A stretch of DNA of 64,000 nucleotides from Ignavibacteriales bacterium. Its GTDB lineage: Bacteria > Bacteroidota > Ignavibacteria > Ignavibacteriales > Ignavibacteriaceae. A program made the position numbers and the translations under genes. Positions 9,796-19,905 of this stretch are shown piece by piece; the stretch's first letter is position 1, and each line of letters begins with the position of its first letter. Under the pieces are notes generated by a model that was given only the letters and a program-made list of their open reading frames with translations, was not told the origin of the DNA and did not search any database. The DNA is taken from positions 111,681 through 175,680 of the forward strand of contig JADJNX010000006.1 of assembly GCA_016714125.1 (NCBI GenBank), given 5' to 3'.

Positions 9796-11268
9796 ATGAA
9801 ACAGAGTATTTCAAACAAAATAAAAGAGTATCATTTTGAGTTCAGGCACGTAACCGTGCTCTTCATAATTCTCTTTTCATTCCAGCTGATCGTTTCTTTT
9901 ATCAATAAATCATCTATTACAAATTTCCTTGATACAACTCAGGATTGGTATCAAAAGGAGTCGGCAGAAGAGATTGCAAACCTTACTGCGACGGTGATCG
10001 AACTTGCCATCGAATCGGTTGATCCCAAAGATAAGATTCCCCCGGCTCAGGCGAACAAGGTGATTCAGTCGTTGGATATCATATTCAGTCAGCAGCAGCT
10101 TACTCATAATATTGACCAGCTTTTCATAATCATGCAAAATGATGGGAAAACATATAATATTAATGATGGTAGAGCCCTTTATACCGCTGTCATACATGCA
10201 GATCATTCACTTTTATCCATAGTTATTGATAAAAATGTAGCAACCCTTTATACTTCCATCGAGGGAGAATTAAAGTCAACTGAGAGAATTAAAACAGTGG
10301 TCAGGGACAAACAAACCTTCCATGTATTTGTTCCATTTGTTGTGAGGGGGGAGTTTATTGGAGCAATCTATATGAAGATCTCACCCGATTTCAGTTCCAT
10401 AAGTAATCAGGTAATCAGCAGTTATGATGAAACTTCCGTTATTTATCTTTCTCTGATCACTCTTGGTCTTCTTGCAATGTATTTTATCTCATCCTACACC
10501 GTTAAAGAGAGGGATGAGACCCAAAAACTTCTTTTTGATGAACACGAAAAGAGTCTGAAAAAACAGATTAATTACGAAAATGAACTGATCTTTACCAAAC
10601 GGATCTACCATACACATCATAAAGCAGAAAAAGTGATGGGGTTCATAAAAGAGGATTTACGAATGTTGGAGCTCGACAATATCGATGAGGTTAAATATCG
10701 TGTTGCAAAATATTCCAACTTTGTTTCGAGAGTAATCTATGATATGAAGTGGTTTGATCCTCCAATCCAGACAATCAGAAACCAGATGTTTCGGACTGAT
10801 CTTAACGAAGTGGTGAGATTTATCGTTGGCAATATTTTCCAGCGGGTAACAACTGAGACTGATGCCTACAAGATTGAATATAAGTTGGAACAGAATTTGC
10901 CTGTTGTTAATGTGAATGAATTTGTGGTGTGGGAAATTATTGAGCCACTTATACAAAACAGTATCGACCATGGATGTGAGGACAATCTTGTTGTCACGGT
11001 GGAGACCCAACATGATCCTGAGAAAAAATGTTCATTCCTTAGTATAACTGACAACGGGAAGGGAATCGATGGCAGTTTGCTTAAAATAAATGAAAATGGA
11101 ATCAAGTATCTGTTTGTGGAGAACACTACCACAAAGTCGCAGGGTTTACGAAACTCGGGATACGGCTGTTATATCGCCTGGGAGATGACAAAGAGGTGCG
11201 GTTGGGAGCTTGATGCGCAAAATCTTCCTGAAAAAGGATGCCGGTTTACAATTACAATAAAACATTAG
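9796..11268 (+). CDS. Sensor histidine kinase
   Basis: Two TM segments flank an extracytoplasmic domain. Has a histidine-rich dimerisation region (IYHTHHKAEK), an N-box (EPLIQNSIDHG) and G-boxes (DNGKGI, GYGCY). Confidence 0.75.
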   Translation: MKQSISNKIKEYHFEFRHVTVLFIILFSFQLIVSFINKSSITNFLDTTQDWYQKESAEEIANLTATVIELAIESVDPKDKIPPAQANKVIQSLDIIFSQQQLTHNIDQLFIIMQNDGKTYNINDGRALYTAVIHADHSLLSIVIDKNVATLYTSIEGELKSTERIKTVVRDKQTFHVFVPFVVRGEFIGAIYMKISPDFSSISNQVISSYDETSVIYLSLITLGLLAMYFISSYTVKERDETQKLLFDEHEKSLKKQINYENELIFTKRIYHTHHKAEKVMGFIKEDLRMLELDNIDEVKYRVAKYSNFVSRVIYDMKWFDPPIQTIRNQMFRTDLNEVVRFIVGNIFQRVTTETDAYKIEYKLEQNLPVVNVNEFVVWEIIEPLIQNSIDHGCEDNLVVTVETQHDPEKKCSFLSITDNGKGIDGSLLKINENGIKYLFVENTTTKSQGLRNSGYGCYIAWEMTKRCGWELDAQNLPEKGCRFTITIKH

Positions 11269-11286
11269 AGAGATTGAGAGACAGAA

Positions 11287-12744
11287 ATGATCTTCCAGGA
11301 TAAAAATATTAGTATCCTCCTTATTGAAGATGAAGAATTTGATGTAAGAAGAGTGAAGAAAACCGTAGAGCCATTTTCGGAAAAGATGGAAATTGTCCAT
11401 TATGTTTCAAACGGAAAGGCTGCTCTCGAATATCTTGAGGAGAACCGGAACAAAATTGATGTGGTGATAATGGATTACCAGATTTCCGGCGGTTTGATGG
11501 GTGAAGATCTGATTCACAAAATCAAAACCATCGATTCATCAATACAGATAATTGTTATCACAAAAATGACAATTAATCTTTCGGATTATCATTTTGCCAA
11601 CCGGCTTATTAAGGCGGGAGCTTTCTGGTACTGCACCAAATATCCGGGTGATATTGATGATTTTATTTATCAGCCTACTGATTTTATTCTCAGTATTTTT
11701 AATGCCCATGAAAAAAGTCTGCTCGAACGGGAGAGAATGCGTTCGATGCAAAAAATTAAACGGAATGTTGCTGATATTCTTTTGCAGAAGAAGATTATCG
11801 GTGAATCACCTTTGATGCTTGATCTAAAAAACGATCTCGACCGACTCGCTCAAAGCAACATCAACATCCTCATAAGGGGGGCTTCGGGTACCGGGAAGGA
11901 ACTGGTAGCGCATAATATCCATTATCGCAGTGGTCGAAAATATGAAAATTTTGTAGTGGTCAACTGCGGCAGTCTTCCCGACCAACTTGTTGAAAGTGAA
12001 CTTTTTGGTTATGAAAAGGGGGCATTCACGGGAGCCGACAAGAAAAAACCGGGTCTGTTTGAGATAGCAAACCATGGAACAATTTTTCTCGATGAGATAA
12101 CTGAACTTCCACTTGCAGCGCAGGTGAAACTTCTAAGAGTGATTCAGGAAGGTGAAATCGAAAAGATTGGCAGGACAGAGACAGTTAAAGTTGATGTGAG
12201 GGTAATAGCTGCCACAAACAGGAATATTGAGCAGGAAGTAAGGGAAAAGAGATTCCGTGAAGACCTCTACTACAGGCTAAATGTTCTTCCCGTTGTTGTT
12301 CCGGACTTAAAAAAACGGGTTGATGACATTCCGTCCCTCATCGATCACTTTTTGCGAAATATAAGTATTGACATGGGGAAGGAAAAGCCGGTAATACCCA
12401 ACGAAACTATGCAGATATTTGTGAAATACGACTGGCCGGGAAATGTAAGAGAGCTTAAAAATGTCGTGCAAAGAGTGTTGTTCCATTCGGGGAATACTGT
12501 TTCACCTATGAATGCAGTAAAAGCTCTAGGCATTGTTTATGAAACGGGGAGTGGTGACGATGGTTTTAAGGATATATTTAATCCAGAAAATATAATTGAT
12601 CTAAAGGATGCTGAAAGAATATTCAGAGAACGATATTTTAATTTTGTAAGAACTCATTCAGTTTCAGATGCCGATGCCGCCAAAAAAATGGGAATCGCCC
12701 CTCCCAACTATTACAGAATGATGAAAGAATTGGGGTTGAAATAG
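11287..12744 (+). CDS. Sigma-54-dependent response regulator (NtrC-family enhancer-binding protein)
   Basis: Receiver domain, AAA+ Walker A GASGTGKE, the GAFTGA loop (EKGAFTGAD) and a C-terminal HTH. Confidence 0.9.
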   Translation: MIFQDKNISILLIEDEEFDVRRVKKTVEPFSEKMEIVHYVSNGKAALEYLEENRNKIDVVIMDYQISGGLMGEDLIHKIKTIDSSIQIIVITKMTINLSDYHFANRLIKAGAFWYCTKYPGDIDDFIYQPTDFILSIFNAHEKSLLERERMRSMQKIKRNVADILLQKKIIGESPLMLDLKNDLDRLAQSNINILIRGASGTGKELVAHNIHYRSGRKYENFVVVNCGSLPDQLVESELFGYEKGAFTGADKKKPGLFEIANHGTIFLDEITELPLAAQVKLLRVIQEGEIEKIGRTETVKVDVRVIAATNRNIEQEVREKRFREDLYYRLNVLPVVVPDLKKRVDDIPSLIDHFLRNISIDMGKEKPVIPNETMQIFVKYDWPGNVRELKNVVQRVLFHSGNTVSPMNAVKALGIVYETGSGDDGFKDIFNPENIIDLKDAERIFRERYFNFVRTHSVSDADAAKKMGIAPPNYYRMMKELGLK

Positions 12745-12758
12745 GGCTCCGGTCTTTT

Positions 12759-12777
12759 AACTTATCAAATTGATAAA
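12759..12777. promoter_or_regulatory. Perfect 7-N1-7 palindrome TTATCAAATTGATAA; candidate enhancer (UAS) for the sigma-54 activator
   Basis: Palindrome at 12762-12776, about 95 nt upstream of the -24/-12 candidate. A near-identical copy lies at 8375-8393. Confidence 0.45.
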
Positions 12778-12871
12778 CCGTTGTTATTAAAATAATAATT
12801 GGCAGGGGTTTGCTCTCCTCTTGATATTCCCAATATTAAGAATTTGATGGGAAAGCAGTGTAAATTTTCAT

Positions 12872-12887
12872 TGGCATGATTTGTGCA
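12872..12887 (+). promoter_or_regulatory. Candidate sigma-54 promoter TGGCAT-N5-GTGCA
   Basis: GG and GC elements have canonical spacing and end 30 nt before the ATG at 12917. A second, one-nt-short candidate TGGCAGGGGTTTGCT lies at 12800-12814. Confidence 0.45.
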
Positions 12888-12916
12888 TTACTACGATTCA
12901 ACAATTGACTGAATGA

Positions 12917-14544
12917 ATGCCCAACACATTTACCTATTTAGACACTGCTGTAATAGTAATATACTTGATAATCGTATTGAGTATCGGTTTTTACTATTCC
13001 CGGAAAAACGATGAAAGTTATACTGACTACTTTCTCGCCGGTAGAAATGTGGGCTGGATCGCAATAGGTATCTCAATTTTTGCAACCAACATTTCGAGTG
13101 AACATTTTATCGGACTTGCAGGAGCGGGCTCAACAAGAGGCCTTGCAGTGGGGCAGTTCGAATTAATGGCCATTTTATGCTCATATTTGCAGGGTGGTTC
13201 CTTGCTCCAATTTTTATTAAATCGGGCGTGTTTACAGTACCTGAATTCCTTCAGTTAAATTTTGATGTAAGGATCAGGAAACTTTTTGCTGCTTTTTCAA
13301 TTGCCAACTACATCCTCACCAAAATTCTCGTCTCCCTCTTCGCCGCAAGTCTTCTCTTTTATAATATTTTTGGATTAAACATATACGCTTCCTCGATATT
13401 AATAGTATTAATAACAGGACTTTACAGCGTTATTGGCGGCTCAAATGCTGTGATAAGAACCCAGACATTCCAGGGAATTGTATTGATGACGGGGGCAGTG
13501 ATTCTTTCGGTTATCGGTTTTATGGCTGTTGGTGGATTTGAAGGTCTTTACAGTAAATTGCCGGCAGATTATTTTACCATGTTTAAAGCGATAGATGACA
13601 AAGATTATCCCTGGACAGGGATAGTGTTTGGAGCTCCCGTAATTGCATTTTGGTATTGGTGCACCGATCAGTATATGGTTCAAAGAATGTTAAGTGCAAG
13701 ATCGATAGACGATGCACGAAAGGGTTCACTTCTTGCAGCCTCATTTAAACTCCTTCCTATATTTATCCTTGTACTTCCCGGTTTGTTTGCAGCAGTACTT
13801 TACCCAGAATCAAGGGGTGATGGAGCCTACTCTGCGATGGTCAGTGGTGATCTGCTCCCGATGGGATTAAAAGGGGTTGTAATTGCAGGGCTTTTAGCTG
13901 CAATAATGTCTTCGCTCGCAGGAGCTTTTAACAGTATTGCGATTCTTTTCACAAACGATTATTACAAATTAAAATATCCTGACGCAAACGAGAGAAAACT
14001 TGTGCTTGTGGGCAGACTCGCCACCACAACGGCAGTTATTGCTGCAATATTAATTGTGCCCCTCGTTAAGATTATCAGTTCACAGCTTTATCTTTTTCTG
14101 CAAAGTGTGCAGTCATTTGTGAGTCCTCCCATTACTGCTGTATTTCTGTTTGGTCTCTTTTCGCGTAAAATGAACACCAGATCGGCACTTATTACTTTAG
14201 CAGTTACCGAAACACTTGGAATGGGCAGACTTGTGCTTGAAATGATGGTTCAGAATGGGGTAGAGCTTCATTCGTTCCTTAATTGGGTGTTGTCGATCAA
14301 CTTTCTTCACTACTCCCTATTCCTTTTTATTGTAAGTGTGGGGATGATTTTGACACTCAACTTTAATAACAGCATTGAAACAAACAAATTTGGGATTCAG
14401 CTCAGGGCAACTTTTGCCGAGAGTTTTGCCGAGATTACGGGGAATTTTACCGGTTTAAAAAGATTCGTAAAACCGAACCCGAGTTTTCTTCTTTCAGCTA
14501 TTATTCTGCTGATGATCCTTGGGCTCTGGAGCATCTGGTCGTGA
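12917..14544 (+). CDS. Sodium:solute symporter (SGLT-like sugar transporter), frame broken near 13172
   Basis: SSS-family TM profile. ORFs 12917-13258 and 13177-14544 join as ..FELMAIFMLIFAGWF.. if a T4 run is read as T5. Confidence 0.85.
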
Positions 14545-14611
14545 AAAATTATAAAAGTTTTAAATCCAAATATTCATTAATCAAAAACTCATTTTCATTG
14601 AGGTAAAACAT

Positions 14612-17097
14612 ATGAAGAGAATCATACTATCAATTCTTTTCCTTATCGGACTTTCGACCTCTGCTCTTCCGCAGTTGATTGAAAGCTTTGATACGGATCT
14701 TTCGGCGGATACCACCTACCTGTTTTCACTTGAAAGCGGAAGTAGAATGGACTATATGTTGAACACTACAGATTTTGTTCAAGGCGCAGGCTCGGGCGAA
14801 ATTAAATTTGTTATTGGTGCCATTCACGAATGGGGTAGCTACGGACAGTTAATTAAAAGACTTCCTACAGGACAGTATTATGACTGGTCAGCTACCGATT
14901 CATTGTCACTGATGATCAAAGTTGTAGTTCCTCCTGCTATTCCAACAAACATGGTATTCAGGATTCATATTGCTGACAAGCCAACCCCTGATGCTCCTAT
15001 CGAAGAATGGATTTACGAACATACAACCATCCTTGATGCAACGAGTCAATGGGTTGAGTTGAAAGTGCCAATTAAAATCCTTTCTTCAGACGGCAGTGCA
15101 ACTCCTTCTGATTCAGGTTTTGTTATCTTCCCTTCAGGATGGGGTGGCGGACCGGGAAATTCCTGGAACAATAATGAATTTGACTGGGATAAAATTGTAG
15201 GTTTCAACCTTGGCGCTATAACTTCAGGTTACACACCGGGCACAAACATCCCTGCAGATTCACTTACCGTTCGTTTTGATAACTTCAGAAGATATGGTAA
15301 CCGTTCAGTTCCTGCAATCGTTTTCAACGGTATTCAGTTCATGGGCAACCTCTCAGTATTCACCTGGGGGCAGTCGAACATGGAAGTGGTTCCAAATGCA
15401 GGTCCAGCTCCAAACAGTAATGCTGTAAAATGGACACAAGGTAATGAATGGGGCAACGGATGGTCAGGAATGGGACTTAATGTAAGTCCAGTATTCAACC
15501 TTGCAAGTTCATGGCAAGTTGACAGTGTTAAATTCAAATTAAAATGTCCTCCGGGAACCGGAGCTTTGAGAGTTCAGTTTGAAGCCGGCCCCGGTAAAAA
15601 AGGGACTGTTTTCACTCCAACGGCTGACGATCAGTGGCATAATTATGCTTTCCCGTTAAGAGACATGTTATTCCAGGACAACACCACATTCTTCGATTCA
15701 TCACAAGTGAGTGTAGTTGGAATGATGGCTGAAGCTTCAGCAGTTGCCGGAACAGTTATCTGGATCACCGACTGGTGGACAGGAAATCCAAAATTTGATG
15801 TAATTGCGCCGGAACCTCCAACCGGTGTTGCCGCATTTGCAGGAACCTTCCAGAATGTAGTAACCTGGGTTGATGTACCGGGAGAAACCGGTGAAGTTTA
15901 TGATATCTACTACTCAAAAACTCCAATTACTGATCTAACCTTACCGGGAGTTGAAGTTGTAAAACTTAATGTTCCTGAAGGTGGTCAGTTGATGGAACAC
16001 CTTCTTTTGGCTCCAAATACAAATCAATCCGTAACATATTATTATGCAGTGGTTTGTAAAGATGTAGCCGGTAACAAAAGTGGTCTCAGCCAAAACTCCG
16101 GTGCAGTAACCAACACCGCAAAAGGCAGACCAACAGTATCATTAAGCGCACCAACAAATTTTGTTGCGGATGGAAACCTTGCTGAATGGCAGGCAATCAA
16201 TCCTTTCAGAATGTTCTTGTCAGATGGTACTGGTCACCTTGTAACCAACACCACTATTTCCGGTGATGCTGATTGCTCGGCAAAAGCTTATATAGCAATG
16301 GATAATCAATATATGTACATCGCTTTTGATGTTGATGATGATATCGTTGTTCCAAGTGCTCAAGGATCATCCTATCTTAATGATTGTCCTGATCTTTATA
16401 TTGGTCTTTACGATTTCCGTGGAATGCCCCACACTTCATATCGTAGAGGTGCACAGCCTGATTATCACTTCAGATTCGCTTATAACCGCGTGATTATCGA
16501 TGGTTCAGCCGGAACTGACAGTCTTATCGGTGAAGGTGTTAACTATTATTGGGAAGAAAAATTCCCTTCAGGTTACATTGTTGAATGCAGAATCAATCTT
16601 TCAGAGTTAGCTCTCCACGGAAACGATCTTACTTTCGTTCCAAGAGAAGGTACCAGACTTCCAATCGATTTCGCACTTAACGATGCTGATGCCACCAATT
16701 CGAGAGAAGGAATCATGACTTATTCTCCATACAATGAAGACAAGTCATACCAGGATGTATCAAGATGGATCTATACCTGGATCGGAAACTTGTGGGAACC
16801 AGTAGTTGGTATCAACGACGAAACACTTACTCCTGATAACTATGGTTTGGCACAGAATTATCCAAATCCATTTAACCCTTCGACCACAATTAAATATGCG
16901 ATCGAAAAATCAGGATTTGTTTCCTTAAAGTATATGATGTATTGGGAAGAGAAGTTGCTGACCTGGTTGCTCAGGATCAAACAGCCGGTGTTTACACTGT
17001 TCAGTTTGATGCATCACTTCTTTCAAGTGGAATTTATTTCTACAAACTTGAAAGTGGTTCATTCTCTAAAATAAATAAAATGATGCTTGTAAAGTAG
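14612..17097 (+). CDS. Secreted carbohydrate-binding protein (FN3-like and CBM9-like regions) with a T9SS C-terminal domain; frame broken near 16929
   Basis: Signal peptide and a CBM9-like segment (ADGNLAEWQAINPF...YIAFDVDDD). The CTD starts NYPNPFNPSTTIKY. The alternative frame restores ..SLKVYDVLGREVADLVAQDQTAGVYTVQFDASLLSSGIYFYKLESGSFSKINKMMLVK and stops at 17097. Confidence 0.65.
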
Positions 17098-17171
17098 CAT
17101 TTCTCCCTGTGGATGCAGAAGCTGCAATTTCTGCACCCATTGTTTAGTTTCGATAATTTTGGGATATTCCG

Positions 17172-19889
17172 ATGAGACAAAAAATCTACTCTTTAATTAG
17201 AAATATCAATGCTTTTGCAGTGATAGTTCTGTTCATTTTTGGAACAACCTTTACTTTTGGTGGTGTAACCGGAAAGATTTCAGGCGTTGTACTTGATGCC
17301 AAGACAGGCGAACCTGTTATTGGTGCAAGTGTTATACTTGAAGGCACTTTTCTGGGAGCCGCTGCCGATATTAACGGTTATTATTCTATAAATAATGTCC
17401 CGCCGGGAACCTACCGGGTCATTTTTTCCGCAGTTGGTTTTCAAAAAACGATCATGGAAAAAGTGCTCGTGAAGATCGATCTGACAACCAATCTGGATGT
17501 AAAACTCCAGCCTTCGGGTCTGAATTTTGAACAAGAGGTTGTTATAACCTCCGATCGACCATTGGTGCAGAAAGATCTCACTTCCACTTCAGTAACGATC
17601 TCTTCCGAAGACATTAAGATGATGCCCGTTGAAAACATCAGTCAGGTTGTTAACCTGCAAGCCGGTGTTATTGATGGCCATTTCCGTGGTGGAAGATCAA
17701 ATGATGTGGCTTATCTGATAGACGGTGTTGCCGTCACGGATCCGTTTAACGGGGGATTTGGACTTGAAGTTGAGCAAACTTCAATCAGGCAGATGGAAGT
17801 AATAACAGGTACTTTTAATGCCGAGTATGGTCAGGCACTTTCAGGCGTTGTTAACATCGTTACTGAGGGTGGATCAAACAAGTTTAGAACAGATGTATCA
17901 GGTTATATAGGTAACTTTATAACCGGTGGATCAAATATTTTCAAAAATCTCGATAAGGTTGACCGTATTGCTCAAAAGAATGTGCAACTCACATTCAGCG
18001 GTCCAATCTCACTGGTTGATAACCTCTATTTCTTTGTGACAGGTAGATATTTTGACAACGCCGGTCATCTCTACGGACAACGAGTTTATAATGTAACGGA
18101 TGATGTTCCATTTTATCCGATTCCAAACGATAAAACTTTCTGGATTCCCAGAAACACAGGCGACAGATCTTATGTTGAGATGAATCCTTACACAAAGTAT
18201 TCGTTAAACGCAAAACTTACATACGCACTCCCTAAAATTGCTTTTACATATTCCATTTTTATGGATAAAACAAAAAGCAAAGGTTACGACCATGGTTATT
18301 CATGGACACCTGACGGAATAATGACCCATCATGGAAACGATTGGGTGCAAAATTTTCAGATTAATCACTACATCTCTTCCGAGACAAATCAAAGTCTTAA
18401 ATTTTCTGTCAACAGCTACCAGTATGAAGGTTATCTCTATGAGAACCCTTTTGATCCAAGATATGTGAACCCAAGACAGGGAATCGCCCTTTCGAACTAC
18501 ACTTTCCGCTCGGGTGGTAATCAGGGTGGCAGATACGACAGAACAAGCAAAAGTTTTGTGGGTCAGTGGTCTCTCGCTTCTCAGGTTTCAAAAGAACACA
18601 AAATCGGTATGGGTGTTGAAGCAAGACTTCATGATATTTATAACCATGGATGGGATCTTGTAAATCTTACCGATGGTCAGATTGATACGATGGGTAATTT
18701 AATTTTTACCCCCGGTTATCCGGCTGTTGGAACAATCTCTGATCAGGGATCAAACATTGAATACGCAAGAAAACCGATTGAATTATCCGCCTACATCCAG
18801 GATAAGATGGAATATGACATCATGATCATCAACGCCGGTGTAAGGTTTGACTACTTTAACTCGAAAGCAAGGATGCCTGTTGACAAACAGAATCCAACAA
18901 GAAACAGTGCTTTCCCCGGTGCCGACCAATGGATCGATGCTGAAGCCAAGTGGCAAATCAGTCCGAGACTTGGAGCTTCCTTCCCAATTACTGACAAAGG
19001 AATTATCAGATTTTCATACGGTCACTTTTTTAAGATACCTTCGTTCGAAAATCTTTATCAAAATCCCGATTTTATCGTAAGACCGGGTAACAGCCTTAGC
19101 ACTGTGGTTGGAAATCCCGATCTTAATGCTGAAAAGAATGTTATCTATGAAATCGGTTTACAGCAGGCACTTCTTGAAGACATCTCAGTGAATGTTTCCC
19201 TCTATTACCGTGATATCAGAAACTGGCTCGGTATGGAGATAGTAAACACTTATGAAGGCTTTAAGTATGCCCGTTTTATAAACAGAGATTATGCAAATGT
19301 TAGAGGTTTGGTTCTTGTTTTCGACAAAAGATTCTCAAACTACTTCAGTGCAAAACTTGACTATACATACCAGATCGCAGAGGGTAACTCCTCCGATCCT
19401 TATGCCGTTTACAATAAAAATCAGACAAATCCACCGATTGAAGAATCGAAAACAGTGGTTCCACTTTCATGGGATCAGAGACATACACTTAATCTGAGTG
19501 TTAATGTTGGTATTCCCGGTGACTGGACAGTAGGTCTCATTTTCCAATATGGCTCAGGAATGCCATATACGGAAGACCCAAAAGTTTCCCGCGGTGTCCG
19601 TTTCGAAAATGGCGGTATCAAGCCGACATATCTGAACCTGGATCTGAGGGCTGACAAGATATTTAATGTTTTTGGATTAAATATCAGAACCTACATTACA
19701 ATTTATAACGCATTGGATATTAGAAACGAATTCGGTGTTTACTCAACCACTGGTAGAGCCAATGCCGATCTGAATACTCAATATGCAGTTGATGTAATCG
19801 GATTAAACACTATTGAAGAATATATCAACAATCCAGCGATGTACTCTACTCCTCGAGAGATCAGAGTTGGCATTGGTTTCGATTTTTAA
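17172..19889 (+). CDS. TonB-dependent outer-membrane receptor with N-terminal carboxypeptidase-regulatory-like domain
   Basis: KISGVVLDAKTGEPVIGASV...PGTYRV domain, plug region (DGVAVTDPFNGG) and a long barrel ending in an aromatic residue (..RVGIGFDF). Confidence 0.9.
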   Translation: MRQKIYSLIRNINAFAVIVLFIFGTTFTFGGVTGKISGVVLDAKTGEPVIGASVILEGTFLGAAADINGYYSINNVPPGTYRVIFSAVGFQKTIMEKVLVKIDLTTNLDVKLQPSGLNFEQEVVITSDRPLVQKDLTSTSVTISSEDIKMMPVENISQVVNLQAGVIDGHFRGGRSNDVAYLIDGVAVTDPFNGGFGLEVEQTSIRQMEVITGTFNAEYGQALSGVVNIVTEGGSNKFRTDVSGYIGNFITGGSNIFKNLDKVDRIAQKNVQLTFSGPISLVDNLYFFVTGRYFDNAGHLYGQRVYNVTDDVPFYPIPNDKTFWIPRNTGDRSYVEMNPYTKYSLNAKLTYALPKIAFTYSIFMDKTKSKGYDHGYSWTPDGIMTHHGNDWVQNFQINHYISSETNQSLKFSVNSYQYEGYLYENPFDPRYVNPRQGIALSNYTFRSGGNQGGRYDRTSKSFVGQWSLASQVSKEHKIGMGVEARLHDIYNHGWDLVNLTDGQIDTMGNLIFTPGYPAVGTISDQGSNIEYARKPIELSAYIQDKMEYDIMIINAGVRFDYFNSKARMPVDKQNPTRNSAFPGADQWIDAEAKWQISPRLGASFPITDKGIIRFSYGHFFKIPSFENLYQNPDFIVRPGNSLSTVVGNPDLNAEKNVIYEIGLQQALLEDISVNVSLYYRDIRNWLGMEIVNTYEGFKYARFINRDYANVRGLVLVFDKRFSNYFSAKLDYTYQIAEGNSSDPYAVYNKNQTNPPIEESKTVVPLSWDQRHTLNLSVNVGIPGDWTVGLIFQYGSGMPYTEDPKVSRGVRFENGGIKPTYLNLDLRADKIFNVFGLNIRTYITIYNALDIRNEFGVYSTTGRANADLNTQYAVDVIGLNTIEEYINNPAMYSTPREIRVGIGFDF

Positions 19890-19905
19890 TTCCCGGAGTT
19901 TCAGA

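Noticed and set aside
19813-19905. N-terminal extensions of ORFs 19813 and 28183 that overlap the preceding genes
   Set aside because: Proper signal peptides begin at internal ATGs (19906 MLKKISLITLLLL; 28235 MNLFVKVLPRVV). The upstream parts overlap the TBDR and GH3 coding ends.
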